Virus record (IMG/VR): IMGVR_UViG_3300042914_002167
DNA length: 64,000 nucleotides
Direction: 5' to 3' (one strand)
From: a virus
The notes below the pieces were generated by a model. The model saw nothing but the letters and a program-made list of their open reading frames with translations. It was not told the DNA's origin and did no database searches. Shown in pieces: positions 29,492 through 39,144 of the stretch. The translations under genes were made by a program, and so were the position numbers. Numbering within the stretch: the stretch's first letter is position 1; the number at the start of each line of letters is the position of its first letter.

Positions 29492-29662
29492 ATGCACACA
29501 AAAGAGCAATTGGAACATGAAAAGACTATACTAGAGTCTGCTCTTCGTATCTTTATGATACGAGATCCAGTTATTGCCGACCGTGTTCAAAAAAGAATTT
29601 TGAAAATTGAAGAGGACCTAAAGAATGGCAATTATAAAGATTTTGAGGACCGTAGCGGGTGA
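29492..29662 (+). CDS. Small hypothetical protein (56 aa)
   Basis: Fills the gap; MHTKEQLEHEKTILESALR... Confidence 0.4.
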   Translation: MHTKEQLEHEKTILESALRIFMIRDPVIADRVQKRILKIEEDLKNGNYKDFEDRSG

Positions 29663-29927
29663 AGAGATTATCGGTGAAGTATTGAGTGATGATGAAGATA
29701 TAATTATGATCAAGAACCCTTGTTTGATTGGTCTCACGATGAGTCAGCAGGGGCAACCGTCCATCAACATGCAAAGACTTCTTCCGTTTTCTTCTGATAC
29801 TGAAGTGGGCATCTACAAAAAGAATCTATTGTTCATCGTTGGTGTTGACGCCAAGATTGAAATGAAGTACAATGAAATCTTCGGCAACATTATCGTTGCG
29901 CAATCAAAGAAGATTATCACTGGCTAA
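29625..29927 (+). CDS. Conserved hypothetical protein (Sm-like)
   Basis: IKILRTVAGEEIIGEV; precedes gp43. Confidence 0.6.
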   Translation: MAIIKILRTVAGEEIIGEVLSDDEDIIMIKNPCLIGLTMSQQGQPSINMQRLLPFSSDTEVGIYKKNLLFIVGVDAKIEMKYNEIFGNIIVAQSKKIITG

Positions 29928-32419
29928 TGAAATTCTACACAAACTTTACTAGACTCGGCAAGTTCATCGTAGAGAGAGGTTATAAAGACGGCAAGCGTTT
30001 CACGCGAAAGACGGAATATACTCCAACTCTCTACGTTCCATCTCGCGAAGTTACAGATTACACCACACTTCAAGGCGACTACGTTGCGCCTATAAAATTT
30101 GAAGGTATGCGTGAAGCAACAGACTTCACTAAGAATTATGAAGGTGTAGACAACTTTGCGATCTATGGCTCTACTAACTTCGCATACACTTACATTGATA
30201 GTCAATATCCCGACGGTGTTGACTACGATGTGAGTCTGATTCGCACACTGAACATTGACATTGAAGTTGGCTCAGAGAATGGCTTTCCTGAGCCCGCGCA
30301 AGCGAACGAACCAATCACCGCAATCACAATCAAGACTGGTGGGCATTACTATGTTCTAGGATGTGGCGAGTACACAAACGCTAGAAAAGATGTCACATAC
30401 ACTCAATGCAATGATGAGAATCAACTCATCATGAAGTTCCTTGAATTGTGGGAGTCGTTTGATGCGGACATCATCACTGGATGGAACGTGAAATTTTTCG
30501 ACATGCCATATCTGCACAATCGTATTGTCAAATTGGCTGGAGAGAACACCGTCAAGCGATTGTCTCCTCTCCGCGCAATCAGTCAAAGAACAACAAAGGT
30601 CAACAATCGCGAACAGGTCGCATATGAATTTGAGGGTATCGTAATTCTGGACTACCTTGAACTATACAAGAAGTTCACTTACTCGCAGCAAGAATCTTAT
30701 CAGTTGGATCATATCGCATTCGTTGAACTTGGCGAAAGAAAGCTGGACTACTCTGAGTATGAGAATCTGCATCAGCTATACAAGCTAGATTACCAGAAGT
30801 TCATTGAATACAACATCAAAGACGTTGATCTTGTGGATCGCATTGAAGACAAGATGAAACTGATTGAGATGGTGCTAGCCCTAGCCTATGACGCTAAGGT
30901 GAATCTGAATGATGTGTTCACTCAAGTTCGGATGTGGGATACTCTGACACACAATCATCTGATGACGAAGAAGATTGTTGTTCCACAGAAGAAGAATTCT
31001 TCTAAAGATGAACAGTTTGAGGGTGCATATGTAAAAGATCCAATCATCGGTAAGCATGAGTGGGTTGCATCGTTTGACTTGAACAGTCTGTACCCTCACC
31101 TGATCATGCAATACAACCTCAGCCCAGAGACACTTGTCGAGGGGATGCACACTAGCATCTCAGTTGATAATTTGCTGAACAGTAAATATGAAGCAAATCA
31201 GGAATATTGCATGGCTGCTAATGGGCACTACTTTCGCAAAGACAAGCAAGGCTTTCTGCCAGAGATGATGCAGACAATGTACGATGATCGATCAAAATAC
31301 AAGAAGCTGATGATTGAGTGGCAGAAGAAGAAAGAGGCAGCAAAGACTGATGAGGAGAAGTTTGAGTGTGAGAAGCGCATCTCAAAGTACAAGAATCTTC
31401 AGATGGCAAAGAAGGTGCAGTTGAATTCTGCTTATGGTGCTCTTGGCAATCAATACTTCCGTTTCTACGACATTCGTCAAGCTGAAGCAATCACACTGTC
31501 TGGGCAGTTGTCCATTCGCTGGATTGAACAAAAGATGAATGGGTATCTGAACAATCTACTCAAAACAGATGGTGTTGACTACATCATCGCATCAGATACA
31601 GATTCAATCTATGTTCACTTCGGTCCTCTTGTCAAGAAAGTGTACGGCGACTCTAGTCTTCCTAAAGAGAAGATTGTAGACTTTCTGGACAGAGTGTGTG
31701 AGCAGAAGATTCAACCGTTTATTGACAAGTCATATCAGCAGCTGGCTGACTACATGAATGCGTTTGATCAGAAGATGCAGATGAAGCGAGAGTCTATTGC
31801 AGACACTGGCATCTGGACTGCAAAGAAGCGATACATTCTGAATGTGTGGGATAACGAAGGTGTTCGATATGCAGAGCCGAAGTTGAAGATGATGGGTATT
31901 GAATCTGTGAAGTCTTCCACTCCTAGGGTGTGTCGCGACAAGTTTGAGGCTGCATTCAAGTTGATCATGACTGGCACAGAAGGTGAGTTTCAGCAGTTCA
32001 ATGATCAGTTCCGTCAGGAGTTCAGAAAGATGAAGTTTGAAGATGTAGCCTTTCCTCGAGGCATCTCTGACCTAACTAAATACAAGAGTTCTTCTCAGTT
32101 GTATGAGAAAGGTACACCGATTCACGTTCGTGGTGCCATCATGTACAATCATCTGTTGACCAAAAAGAATCTGACTAAGAAGTATCAGTTGATCAAAGAC
32201 GGAGAGAAGATAAAGTTCTGCTACATGAAGACACCTAATCCAATGCAGGAGAATGTGCTTTCAGTTCCAAACGTTCTGCCTAAAGAATTTGATTTTGAGA
32301 AGTACATAGACTACGATCTTCAGTTTGAGAAGTCTTATCTTGAGCCACTTCAGATCATTGTTGAGAAGTTTGGTTGGTCAGCAGAGAAGAAAAGTAACCT
32401 AATGGGATTCTTTCAGTAA
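29927..32419 (+). CDS. gp43: Family B DNA polymerase
   Basis: DIEV exo I, SFDLNSLYP, KVQLNSAYG, SDTDS, KKRY. Confidence 0.98.
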   Translation: MKFYTNFTRLGKFIVERGYKDGKRFTRKTEYTPTLYVPSREVTDYTTLQGDYVAPIKFEGMREATDFTKNYEGVDNFAIYGSTNFAYTYIDSQYPDGVDYDVSLIRTLNIDIEVGSENGFPEPAQANEPITAITIKTGGHYYVLGCGEYTNARKDVTYTQCNDENQLIMKFLELWESFDADIITGWNVKFFDMPYLHNRIVKLAGENTVKRLSPLRAISQRTTKVNNREQVAYEFEGIVILDYLELYKKFTYSQQESYQLDHIAFVELGERKLDYSEYENLHQLYKLDYQKFIEYNIKDVDLVDRIEDKMKLIEMVLALAYDAKVNLNDVFTQVRMWDTLTHNHLMTKKIVVPQKKNSSKDEQFEGAYVKDPIIGKHEWVASFDLNSLYPHLIMQYNLSPETLVEGMHTSISVDNLLNSKYEANQEYCMAANGHYFRKDKQGFLPEMMQTMYDDRSKYKKLMIEWQKKKEAAKTDEEKFECEKRISKYKNLQMAKKVQLNSAYGALGNQYFRFYDIRQAEAITLSGQLSIRWIEQKMNGYLNNLLKTDGVDYIIASDTDSIYVHFGPLVKKVYGDSSLPKEKIVDFLDRVCEQKIQPFIDKSYQQLADYMNAFDQKMQMKRESIADTGIWTAKKRYILNVWDNEGVRYAEPKLKMMGIESVKSSTPRVCRDKFEAAFKLIMTGTEGEFQQFNDQFRQEFRKMKFEDVAFPRGISDLTKYKSSSQLYEKGTPIHVRGAIMYNHLLTKKNLTKKYQLIKDGEKIKFCYMKTPNPMQENVLSVPNVLPKEFDFEKYIDYDLQFEKSYLEPLQIIVEKFGWSAEKKSNLMGFFQ

Positions 32420-32820
32420 TGCCAATACCAACAGAGTATCTAACAATTCGTCAAGGAGAAGACTTTGGATTTAGCGCAATTGATGAATCTGAAGTAAAGC
32501 AGGTAGTAGATGAGACTACTCTAGAGACTAAAGTCATTCGCGAAGTTGTGTCATCTTCAGGTGAAGCCTTAAGTCGCCTTGAACAAAAAGTAGATACAAT
32601 TCTTCAACTATACAATGAAGGTAAACTTGGGCTTGAGTCTGAGCGCATTCAACTTCAAACTCAGACAAAAGCCAAGTTAGTTGAACTTGAAAAAATGATT
32701 GTTCCTCTTCTTGTGAATCTGATGAAGAATTCAGAAAAAGAGTATATCTACTGGCCCAATCGTAGAGAAAAGATTCAAGAGCAGATTGATAAGATCATCG
32801 CCATAACAAGAGGTGCGTGA
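32419..32820 (+). CDS. Conserved hypothetical protein
   Basis: DFGFSAIDE...PLLVNLMKN..KEYIYWPNR. Confidence 0.65.
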   Translation: MPIPTEYLTIRQGEDFGFSAIDESEVKQVVDETTLETKVIREVVSSSGEALSRLEQKVDTILQLYNEGKLGLESERIQLQTQTKAKLVELEKMIVPLLVNLMKNSEKEYIYWPNRREKIQEQIDKIIAITRGA

Positions 32821-32821
32821 C

Positions 32822-33682
32822 ATGCCATTTGTAATTCTTCTTTTCGGCACTGCATTACTACTCTCTAGTGTTTCTGCATTCTATTCTGTAGTGGGATTGA
32901 TTGCTATCTTCGCCGCATCACCAGTATCAATTGCAATCATGGGTGGTGCACTAGAAGTCACTAAATTGGTTACTGCATCGTGGTTGTATAGAAACTGGAA
33001 GAATGCACCCAAAATTCTGAAATACTACTTCACTGTAGCAGTGATTATTCTCATGATGATCACTTCGCTCGGCATCTTCGGATACTTGTCAAAAGCACAT
33101 AGCGAACAGGGTGCAATCACGGGTGATGTTGTGGCTAAAGTTGAAATCATTGATGAGAAGATAAAACTCTCTAAGGAGAACATTGATGCGAATCGCAAGA
33201 ATCTCAAACAGCTGGATGAGGCTGTGGATCAAGTTATGGCAAGAAGCACAACGGAACAAGGTGCCTCGAATGCAGTACAGATCCGCCGTAGTCAGACAAA
33301 AGAGCGCACTAGACTCATTCAAGAGATTGAAGCCGAACAGAAGACGATTGCTAGTCTTGCTGAAGAAAGGGCTCCAATAGCCGCGACGATTCGGAAAATT
33401 GAGGCTGAAGTTGGTCCTATTAAGTACATCGCATCATTCATCTATGGAGATACAAGCACTGAACTCTTAGAGAAGTCTGTTGTATGGATGATCATCATCA
33501 TCGTGTTTGTTTTTGATCCGATGGCAGTTCTGCTACTAATCGCAGCCAACTATTCTCTTCAAAAATTGTCGGATGGCACTCCTATGAGAATTGATCTGAC
33601 GACAGTTGACCCCATCGCACTAAACAAAGATGAAATAGTAAACGCAACAAAACTATATCACAAAGATCACGACAGCATGTAA
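32822..33682 (+). CDS. Membrane protein with coiled coil
   Basis: Three N-terminal hydrophobic segments, ITSLGIFGYLSKAH, coiled coil, C-terminal TM FDPMAV. Confidence 0.7.
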   Translation: MPFVILLFGTALLLSSVSAFYSVVGLIAIFAASPVSIAIMGGALEVTKLVTASWLYRNWKNAPKILKYYFTVAVIILMMITSLGIFGYLSKAHSEQGAITGDVVAKVEIIDEKIKLSKENIDANRKNLKQLDEAVDQVMARSTTEQGASNAVQIRRSQTKERTRLIQEIEAEQKTIASLAEERAPIAATIRKIEAEVGPIKYIASFIYGDTSTELLEKSVVWMIIIIVFVFDPMAVLLLIAANYSLQKLSDGTPMRIDLTTVDPIALNKDEIVNATKLYHKDHDSM

Positions 33683-33685
33683 TAA

Positions 33686-33714
33686 TTGACTTTGAGTTTG
33701 GTATGGTGTATAAT
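33686..33714 (+). promoter_or_regulatory. Sigma70-like promoter
   Basis: TTGACT-17-TATAAT upstream of uvsX-N. Confidence 0.8.
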
Positions 33715-33743
33715 CAGTGATCATAAATTATGGAGTTTATTCT

Positions 33744-34664
33744 ATGAGCAATTTCTTTTCTAATCTAGTGGAACAGTTGAAAGATGAAGACACTAAAATT
33801 CTTGCAGATGGCGGAGCATCCGCTGAGTTTAGCGGTTGTATCGATACTGGGTCGTATGCTCTTAATGCTTTGCTTAGTGGCAGCATCTACGGTGGTGTAC
33901 CCAATAACAAAGTAACAGCATTCGCTGGCGAGTCTGCAACAGGCAAGACATTCTTTGTCTTAGGTGTTGTCAAGCAATTCTTGGACGACAATCCTAAAGG
34001 CGGTGTGATCTACTTTGACACTGAGGCTGCTGTCACTAAGCAGATGATGGAGTCTAAGGGTATTGATCCTAAGCGAGTTGTCATCTCTGAGCCAGACACA
34101 ATTCAAAAGTTCAGGCACACTGCACTGAAGATCATTGACACATACACAGCCCAGAAAGAATCTGATCGTCAACCAATGATGATGGTGCTTGACTCTATGG
34201 GTCAGTTGTCTTCAACGAAAGAGATGGAAGATACTTCAGAAGGCAAAGAGACTAAGGACATGACCAAGTCTCAGATTCTGAAGGCTACGTTCCGTGTTCT
34301 GAATCTGAAGCTAGCCAAGATCGGCGTTCCCCTTCTTGTCACTAATCACGTTTACGATGTTGTTGGTGCATACATTCCAACTAAGGAAATGTCTGGCGGC
34401 TGTCTAGTTGCAGGAACGAAGATTATTACAAAATATGGCTTGAGAAACATTGAAAACGTTTCAATCGACGATGAAGTTATGACAAAGGAAGGCGTTTGGA
34501 GACAAGTTCTCGATACCCATTTCTTCAACGACAAAGACATTCTTGAAATTGAGTTTGAAGATGGCACTAAAGTGAAATGCACTAAAGAGCATAAGTTCCT
34601 TGTCAATGGCGTGTGGATCGAAGCAAAGGACCTCATGACTAACGACTCGGTGGATATGGTCTAA
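33744..34664 (+). CDS. uvsX: UvsX/RecA N-extein fused to split intein N-fragment
   Basis: GESATGKT, FDTE, VLDS, VTNH...EMSGG, then CLVAGTKI...CTKEHKF (intein blocks A and B) and a stop. Confidence 0.93.
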   Translation: MSNFFSNLVEQLKDEDTKILADGGASAEFSGCIDTGSYALNALLSGSIYGGVPNNKVTAFAGESATGKTFFVLGVVKQFLDDNPKGGVIYFDTEAAVTKQMMESKGIDPKRVVISEPDTIQKFRHTALKIIDTYTAQKESDRQPMMMVLDSMGQLSSTKEMEDTSEGKETKDMTKSQILKATFRVLNLKLAKIGVPLLVTNHVYDVVGAYIPTKEMSGGCLVAGTKIITKYGLRNIENVSIDDEVMTKEGVWRQVLDTHFFNDKDILEIEFEDGTKVKCTKEHKFLVNGVWIEAKDLMTNDSVDMV

Positions 34665-34675
34665 AGTATAAAAAC

Positions 34676-34683
34676 TATAAATA
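34676..34683 (+). promoter_or_regulatory. Late promoter for the HNH and IntC genes
   Basis: TATAAATA between the IntN stop and the HNH start. Confidence 0.75.
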
Positions 34684-34712
34684 AACATGTAGCAACACCG
34701 AAAAGGAACTGC

Positions 34713-35441
34713 ATGTTTATAGATAACAAATACACCAAATGGTACATGTCAATTATAGAATCTGCCAAAACTAGAGAACGTTCGGACGAAGAATACTATG
34801 AGCGACATCATATTGTGCCAAAATCTTTGGGTGGTCGCAATAACAAAGAAAATCTTGTCAGCCTTACTGCCAGAGAACACTTTATATGTCACATGCTTCT
34901 AGTCAAAATGGTAGAGATCGCATCGTATAAGAGAAGCATGTCGTATGCGCTAATAACAATGAGCGCGTCTAATGGCGGCGCGAGGCGGCGTAAGATTTCT
35001 GCGAGAGAATTTGAGTTGGCTAAAAAAATTGCCAAGCATCACATATCAGGCGTAAACAATGGATTTTACGGAAAGGGTAAATTGATTGCAGGAGACAAAA
35101 ATCCAATGTACGGAAAACCATGCTACTATAACATGACAGAAAAAGAGAAACAGTCTTGGAAGAATGCAATATCAAAAGGCATTACTGGTGCAAAAAACCC
35201 ATTCTACGGAAAAACTCACACAGAAACCACGAAAGCAAAACTTTCGAAGCACAGATCAATACCGATTAGAGTCACATTTGATAACGGTAGCGTATTGGAG
35301 TTTGAGCAGTATAAGCACCTAGGAACGCACCTAGGGAAAAGCGGAGAGTTGGGCGCAAAGCTATGTAAAGATGAAAATAAGCACCTATTGAGTAAGTACG
35401 GAATCGTTTCGATCATCAAAATAAAAGGAACAACATCATGA
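34713..35441 (+). CDS. HNH homing endonuclease with NUMOD3-like repeats
   Basis: [26 protein letters not shown]; [21 protein letters not shown]. Confidence 0.9.
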   Translation: MFIDNKYTKWYMSIIESAKTRERSDEEYYERHHIVPKSLGGRNNKENLVSLTAREHFICHMLLVKMVEIASYKRSMSYALITMSASNGGARRRKISAREFELAKKIAKHHISGVNNGFYGKGKLIAGDKNPMYGKPCYYNMTEKEKQSWKNAISKGITGAKNPFYGKTHTETTKAKLSKHRSIPIRVTFDNGSVLEFEQYKHLGTHLGKSGELGAKLCKDENKHLLSKYGIVSIIKIKGTTS

Positions 35442-35956
35442 AAACTATGAAGATCAAATCTATCACGAATGCAGGTAAATCTGAAGTGTACGATATCAGC
35501 GTCGATGAGTATGAGAACTACATTCTTGAAAACGGCGTCATCACACACAACTCCGGTCTCAAGTACACCGCATCTACCATTGTATATCTCAGCAAGAAGA
35601 AGGACAAAGACGGCACTGAAGTTGTTGGCAACATCATCAAGGCTAAACTCCAGAAGAGCCGATTCACCAAAGAGAATGCTTCAGTTGAGATTCGTCTGAC
35701 GTACAGCACTGGCTTGGATCGCTACTACGGTTTGCTTGAGATCGCAGAGAAGTATGAGATCATCAAGAAAGTCTCCACACGATATGAATTGCCCGATGGC
35801 AGTAAGGTCTTCGGCAAGAACATCAACGAAGAGCCTGAGAAGTATTTCACTAAGGAAGTGCTAGACAAGATTGATGCAGCATGCAAGAAAGAGTTCTTGT
35901 ATGGGCAAGGTGAAGCAAGTTCTACAAATGAGGAGACTGAAAATGGAGATGAATGA
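35438..35956 (+). CDS. uvsX: Split intein C-fragment fused to UvsX C-extein
   Basis: [19 protein letters not shown]|[21 protein letters not shown]...KSRFTKE...GLDRYYGL. Confidence 0.93.
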   Translation: MKTMKIKSITNAGKSEVYDISVDEYENYILENGVITHNSGLKYTASTIVYLSKKKDKDGTEVVGNIIKAKLQKSRFTKENASVEIRLTYSTGLDRYYGLLEIAEKYEIIKKVSTRYELPDGSKVFGKNINEEPEKYFTKEVLDKIDAACKKEFLYGQGEASSTNEETENGDE

Positions 35957-36278
35957 AGACTACGAAATTACTGACTCAAAATTTACATACAAAGAAGAAA
36001 ACGATTTATTTGGAGTCAGATTGTTGTCGGGTGAGTTTGCTGGTATTGAATACACATACGGCACAATCAACATGGGTGACGAGGAGAATCCAGATGGAAC
36101 ATATTCAATCTCTTTTGATTACACAGTGCGAGAAGGTAAAGTTGATGACGAAAACAAAGAAAAATTTGAAAGTGTTGTAGGTAATGTGCTAAACTCAGTT
36201 CTTCTACACAGTCTTGAAGCAGCACAGGAAAGACACAACAATGAAAATAGAAACACAGATTCTCAAGCATCTGATTGA
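35943..36278 (+). CDS. gp40: gp40-like head vertex assembly chaperone
   Basis: Position between uvsX and gp41; YTYGTI...SFDY. Confidence 0.55.
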   Translation: MEMNEDYEITDSKFTYKEENDLFGVRLLSGEFAGIEYTYGTINMGDEENPDGTYSISFDYTVREGKVDDENKEKFESVVGNVLNSVLLHSLEAAQERHNNENRNTDSQASD

Positions 36279-37656
36279 CAACGAGAATTATGCCCGAAAG
36301 ACTCTTCCCTTTCTTAAGACAGATTACTTCTCTGAACAACATGAGAAAGTCATCTTTGAAGAAGTTCATCGATATGTTACTCAATACAACAGCCTACCTA
36401 CTGTATCGGCACTCAGGGTTGAACTTGAAGACAAGCCTAATCTCGTGGAATCTACTTACAAGAAGACATCACAGTTGCTTGATGAGATCAAGGAAACTGA
36501 ATGTGACATGAAGATCACGGAATGGCTTGTTGATTCTACAGAAAAATTCTGTCAAGAGAAAGCCATCTACAATGGCATTATGCAGAGCATCCAGATACTG
36601 GATAGCAAGACAGGAGAATCAAAACTTGACAAAGGCGCCATACCGAGTATCCTTGCAGATGCGTTGTCAGTCTCGTTTGACAATCATGTCGGGCATGATT
36701 TCCTAGATGATGCTGAGTCTCGCTATGAGTTCTATCATAAAGTAGAACAGCGCATTCCATTTGATCTTGAATACTTCAACAAGATCACAAAGGGTGGGCT
36801 GCCCAACAAGACACTGAACATCATTCTGGCTGGCACTGGCGTCGGCAAGTCAATGTTCATGTGTCACTGCGCAGCAGGCAATCTGACGATGGGCAAGAAC
36901 GTCCTCTACATCACACTTGAGATGGCAGAAGAGCGTATTGCTGAACGTATTGATGCGAATCTCCTGAACACTGACCTAGACAAACTTGTCTCTATGCCCA
37001 AGGATGTCTACGTCAGCAAGATTGAGAAGTTGCGCAAGAAGACAATGGGTAAGTTGATCATCAAGGAATATCCTACTGCATCAGCTAACGTGACTCACTT
37101 CAAGCATCTGCTGAATGAGTTGAAGTTGAAGCGACAGTTCATTCCAGATATCATCTACATTGACTACCTGAACATCTGCGCATCCTCTCGCATGAAGCAA
37201 GGTAACTCTGTCAATTCGTATACATTCATCAAAGCAATTGCAGAAGAACTTCGCGGGCTTGCAGTTGAGATGAAAGTTCCTGTTGTCTCAGCCACACAGA
37301 CAACGAGAAGTGGTTACGATAACACTGACGTTAGTCTTACAGACACATCAGAGTCTTTTGGTTTACCCGCGACAGCGGACTTCATGTTTGCTCTAATGTC
37401 GTCTGATGAACTCGCAGACTTGAATCAGATCATGGTCAAGCAATTGAAGAATCGGTACTCTAATCCAGACACAAACAAGAGATTTGTCATCGGCGTGGAT
37501 AAGGCAAAGATGAAACTTTACGATGTGGAACAGTCAGCACAGAACCATATCCATGATAGTGGTCAAGTTGAAGACAGTACTCCAGTCTTTGACAAGTCAG
37601 GATTTGGTAAGGGAATGCGCGCGGAGCGCAAGTTTGAGGGCTTCAAAGTGACATAG
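36241..37656 (+). CDS. gp41: Replicative DnaB-like helicase
   Basis: AGTGVGKS, TLEMAEE, IDYL, SATQ, SESFGLPATAD, KNRY. Confidence 0.97.
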   Translation: MKIETQILKHLIDNENYARKTLPFLKTDYFSEQHEKVIFEEVHRYVTQYNSLPTVSALRVELEDKPNLVESTYKKTSQLLDEIKETECDMKITEWLVDSTEKFCQEKAIYNGIMQSIQILDSKTGESKLDKGAIPSILADALSVSFDNHVGHDFLDDAESRYEFYHKVEQRIPFDLEYFNKITKGGLPNKTLNIILAGTGVGKSMFMCHCAAGNLTMGKNVLYITLEMAEERIAERIDANLLNTDLDKLVSMPKDVYVSKIEKLRKKTMGKLIIKEYPTASANVTHFKHLLNELKLKRQFIPDIIYIDYLNICASSRMKQGNSVNSYTFIKAIAEELRGLAVEMKVPVVSATQTTRSGYDNTDVSLTDTSESFGLPATADFMFALMSSDELADLNQIMVKQLKNRYSNPDTNKRFVIGVDKAKMKLYDVEQSAQNHIHDSGQVEDSTPVFDKSGFGKGMRAERKFEGFKVT

Positions 37657-37659
37657 GAG

Positions 37660-37752
37660 ACGGTCCAGGAGCGGTTTTGGGCGATTTTTCTGGCGGGTGG
37701 GTACTCAGATATCAACCTGGACGAAAAAATCGCTCCTGGACCGTTCTTTTTT
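37660..37752 (+). terminator. Long hairpin/terminator-like element
   Basis: 14-bp perfect arms ACGGTCCAGGAGCG / CGCTCCTGGACCGT, followed by a T run. Confidence 0.6.
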
Positions 37753-37858
37753 GTTGTTTTCCTGCAACAAAGTCTACTATTTTAGTCAACTAATCTATTG
37801 ACTTCTGGCATCACTGTGGTATACTGTATTCATAGTAGATAGAAAGAGGAGCAGCATC

Positions 37859-38101
37859 ATGAACGGCAAGATCAAGTTTCATAAGGCAGCGGGCCCCGCG
37901 TTCAATGTGGGCGAAGTGTGGGTTAGCGTCACTGGCGTTAATGTTGAAATCGTTGAGGTCGTCAAGTATCCTGGTGCTACCGAAGACCACACTGACGATT
38001 ACGGCGTGACATACAGGAACATTGTAGATGGTAGCATCCACGAAAAGGATGCTTGGAATTTTCAGGTTCGTTACACACACCACGCGGATCAGTTTGTATA
38101 A
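37859..38101 (+). CDS. Early hypothetical protein
   Basis: SD AGGAG, after promoter TTGACT-16-TATACT. Confidence 0.7.
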   Translation: MNGKIKFHKAAGPAFNVGEVWVSVTGVNVEIVEVVKYPGATEDHTDDYGVTYRNIVDGSIHEKDAWNFQVRYTHHADQFV

Positions 38102-38119
38102 CACGCTCAAGGAGCAGAC

Positions 38120-38389
38120 ATGTTTCTCGTTAAAGCAGGCACTGCGATTCAGGTCCAAACACCTAAGAGTGTGACTCATCACTATTGGTCAGGATGGATG
38201 CCCTACACCACCAGTGAGGACAAGCTTTACGACAAGCATGAGGTCTGGGACATTGTAGCGGTGTACAATGAGCGCGAGGATGTTCCCGACTGGGCTCGCC
38301 GCAACGTTGTGGAATTCAATAAGGTGGTTATCCAGCGCGCAGGCAAGTATGCACTGGTTAACCCACAGGACATTGAATTCCTCAATTGA
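38120..38389 (+). CDS. Early hypothetical protein
   Basis: SD AAGGAG. Confidence 0.7.
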   Translation: MFLVKAGTAIQVQTPKSVTHHYWSGWMPYTTSEDKLYDKHEVWDIVAVYNEREDVPDWARRNVVEFNKVVIQRAGKYALVNPQDIEFLN

Positions 38390-38500
38390 CAATAATTTTG
38401 TTGTTTTCCTGCAACAAAGTCTACTATTTTAGTCAACTATCTATTGACTTTGTACATCATCCAGTTATACTGAATATGTTGAGTTGATGAGGTGATTGAA

Positions 38501-38752
38501 ATGAGCGACTATCTGATGACTGTTGATACCGAAAGCAAGAGTTTCCTTACAGAAACTAATCGCTATAAGTTTATGTCGTTTGTTATGAACAAGACATTGA
38601 ATATTCATTATTATAAGATTAAGCAAGTATCAAAGAACAAGTATCAACTCTGGTGTGGTAATAAGGCAAAGAAAACTCGCAGAGAGTTTTTGGTAGTCTT
38701 CCATAGCAATACGTATAAGCCAAGATCGTTTGGAGAGTTGATAACCCGATAA
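38501..38752 (+). CDS. Early hypothetical protein
   Basis: SD GAGGTG, after the second repeat promoter. Confidence 0.6.
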   Translation: MSDYLMTVDTESKSFLTETNRYKFMSFVMNKTLNIHYYKIKQVSKNKYQLWCGNKAKKTRREFLVVFHSNTYKPRSFGELITR

Positions 38753-38763
38753 AGGATCATCAA

Positions 38764-38919
38764 ATGACCGTATCAGAACTGATTCACATCCTCCAAACTC
38801 TGGATCCTACCGAAGAGGTCCGCGTAGCACATCCTAATCTGGATGATACCGCTCCTCTTGAGGATGTGATCCTGGTTGGTCCTGCTGGTGGTATTCCTAC
38901 CCTTTGGGCCCGATTCTGA
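38764..38919 (+). CDS. Small hypothetical protein (51 aa)
   Basis: SD AAGGA; MTVSELIHILQTLDPTEEVRV... Confidence 0.55.
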   Translation: MTVSELIHILQTLDPTEEVRVAHPNLDDTAPLEDVILVGPAGGIPTLWARF

Positions 38920-38937
38920 ATAACCCAAAACTTGACA

Positions 38938-39144
38938 ATGAAAACTCAGACTGAAATTCTTGGTTACTCTGTGAAAGGTCGCGACGAGGTACTCCGTGTG
39001 CCGTTTGTCACTGGCTTGGAAAACACTGAGCGTAAGGCTAAGAAGACCCTGGAGCAAATGCTGGCAAGCCCTCAGTATTCCGAAAAAGAGAAAAAGACAC
39101 TCAAGGTTGTACGCATTTTGAGAGTCACTGAAGAAGTTGTATGA
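38938..39144 (+). CDS. Hypothetical protein
   Basis: ORF that overlaps the next start (ATGA). Confidence 0.5.
   Translation: MKTQTEILGYSVKGRDEVLRVPFVTGLENTERKAKKTLEQMLASPQYSEKEKKTLKVVRILRVTEEVV

Larger units (their letters stand above)
34401..35551 (+). mobile_element. Split intein with intervening free-standing homing endonuclease
   Basis: IntN 34401-34661 (87 aa), HNH gene, IntC 35438-35551 (38 aa ending THN, followed by Ser). Confidence 0.9.
37749..38450 (+). repeat. ~55 bp promoter-containing direct repeats flanking two genes
   Basis: 37749-37804 and 38396-38450 are identical except for one indel; each has the box and a TTGACT -35. Confidence 0.9.

Noticed and set aside
34401-35551. 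Group I intron or pseudogene explanation for the broken uvsX
   Set aside because: Both flanks encode intact intein motifs (Cys1, TxxH, HN plus Ser), and there is almost no non-coding space for an intron core.
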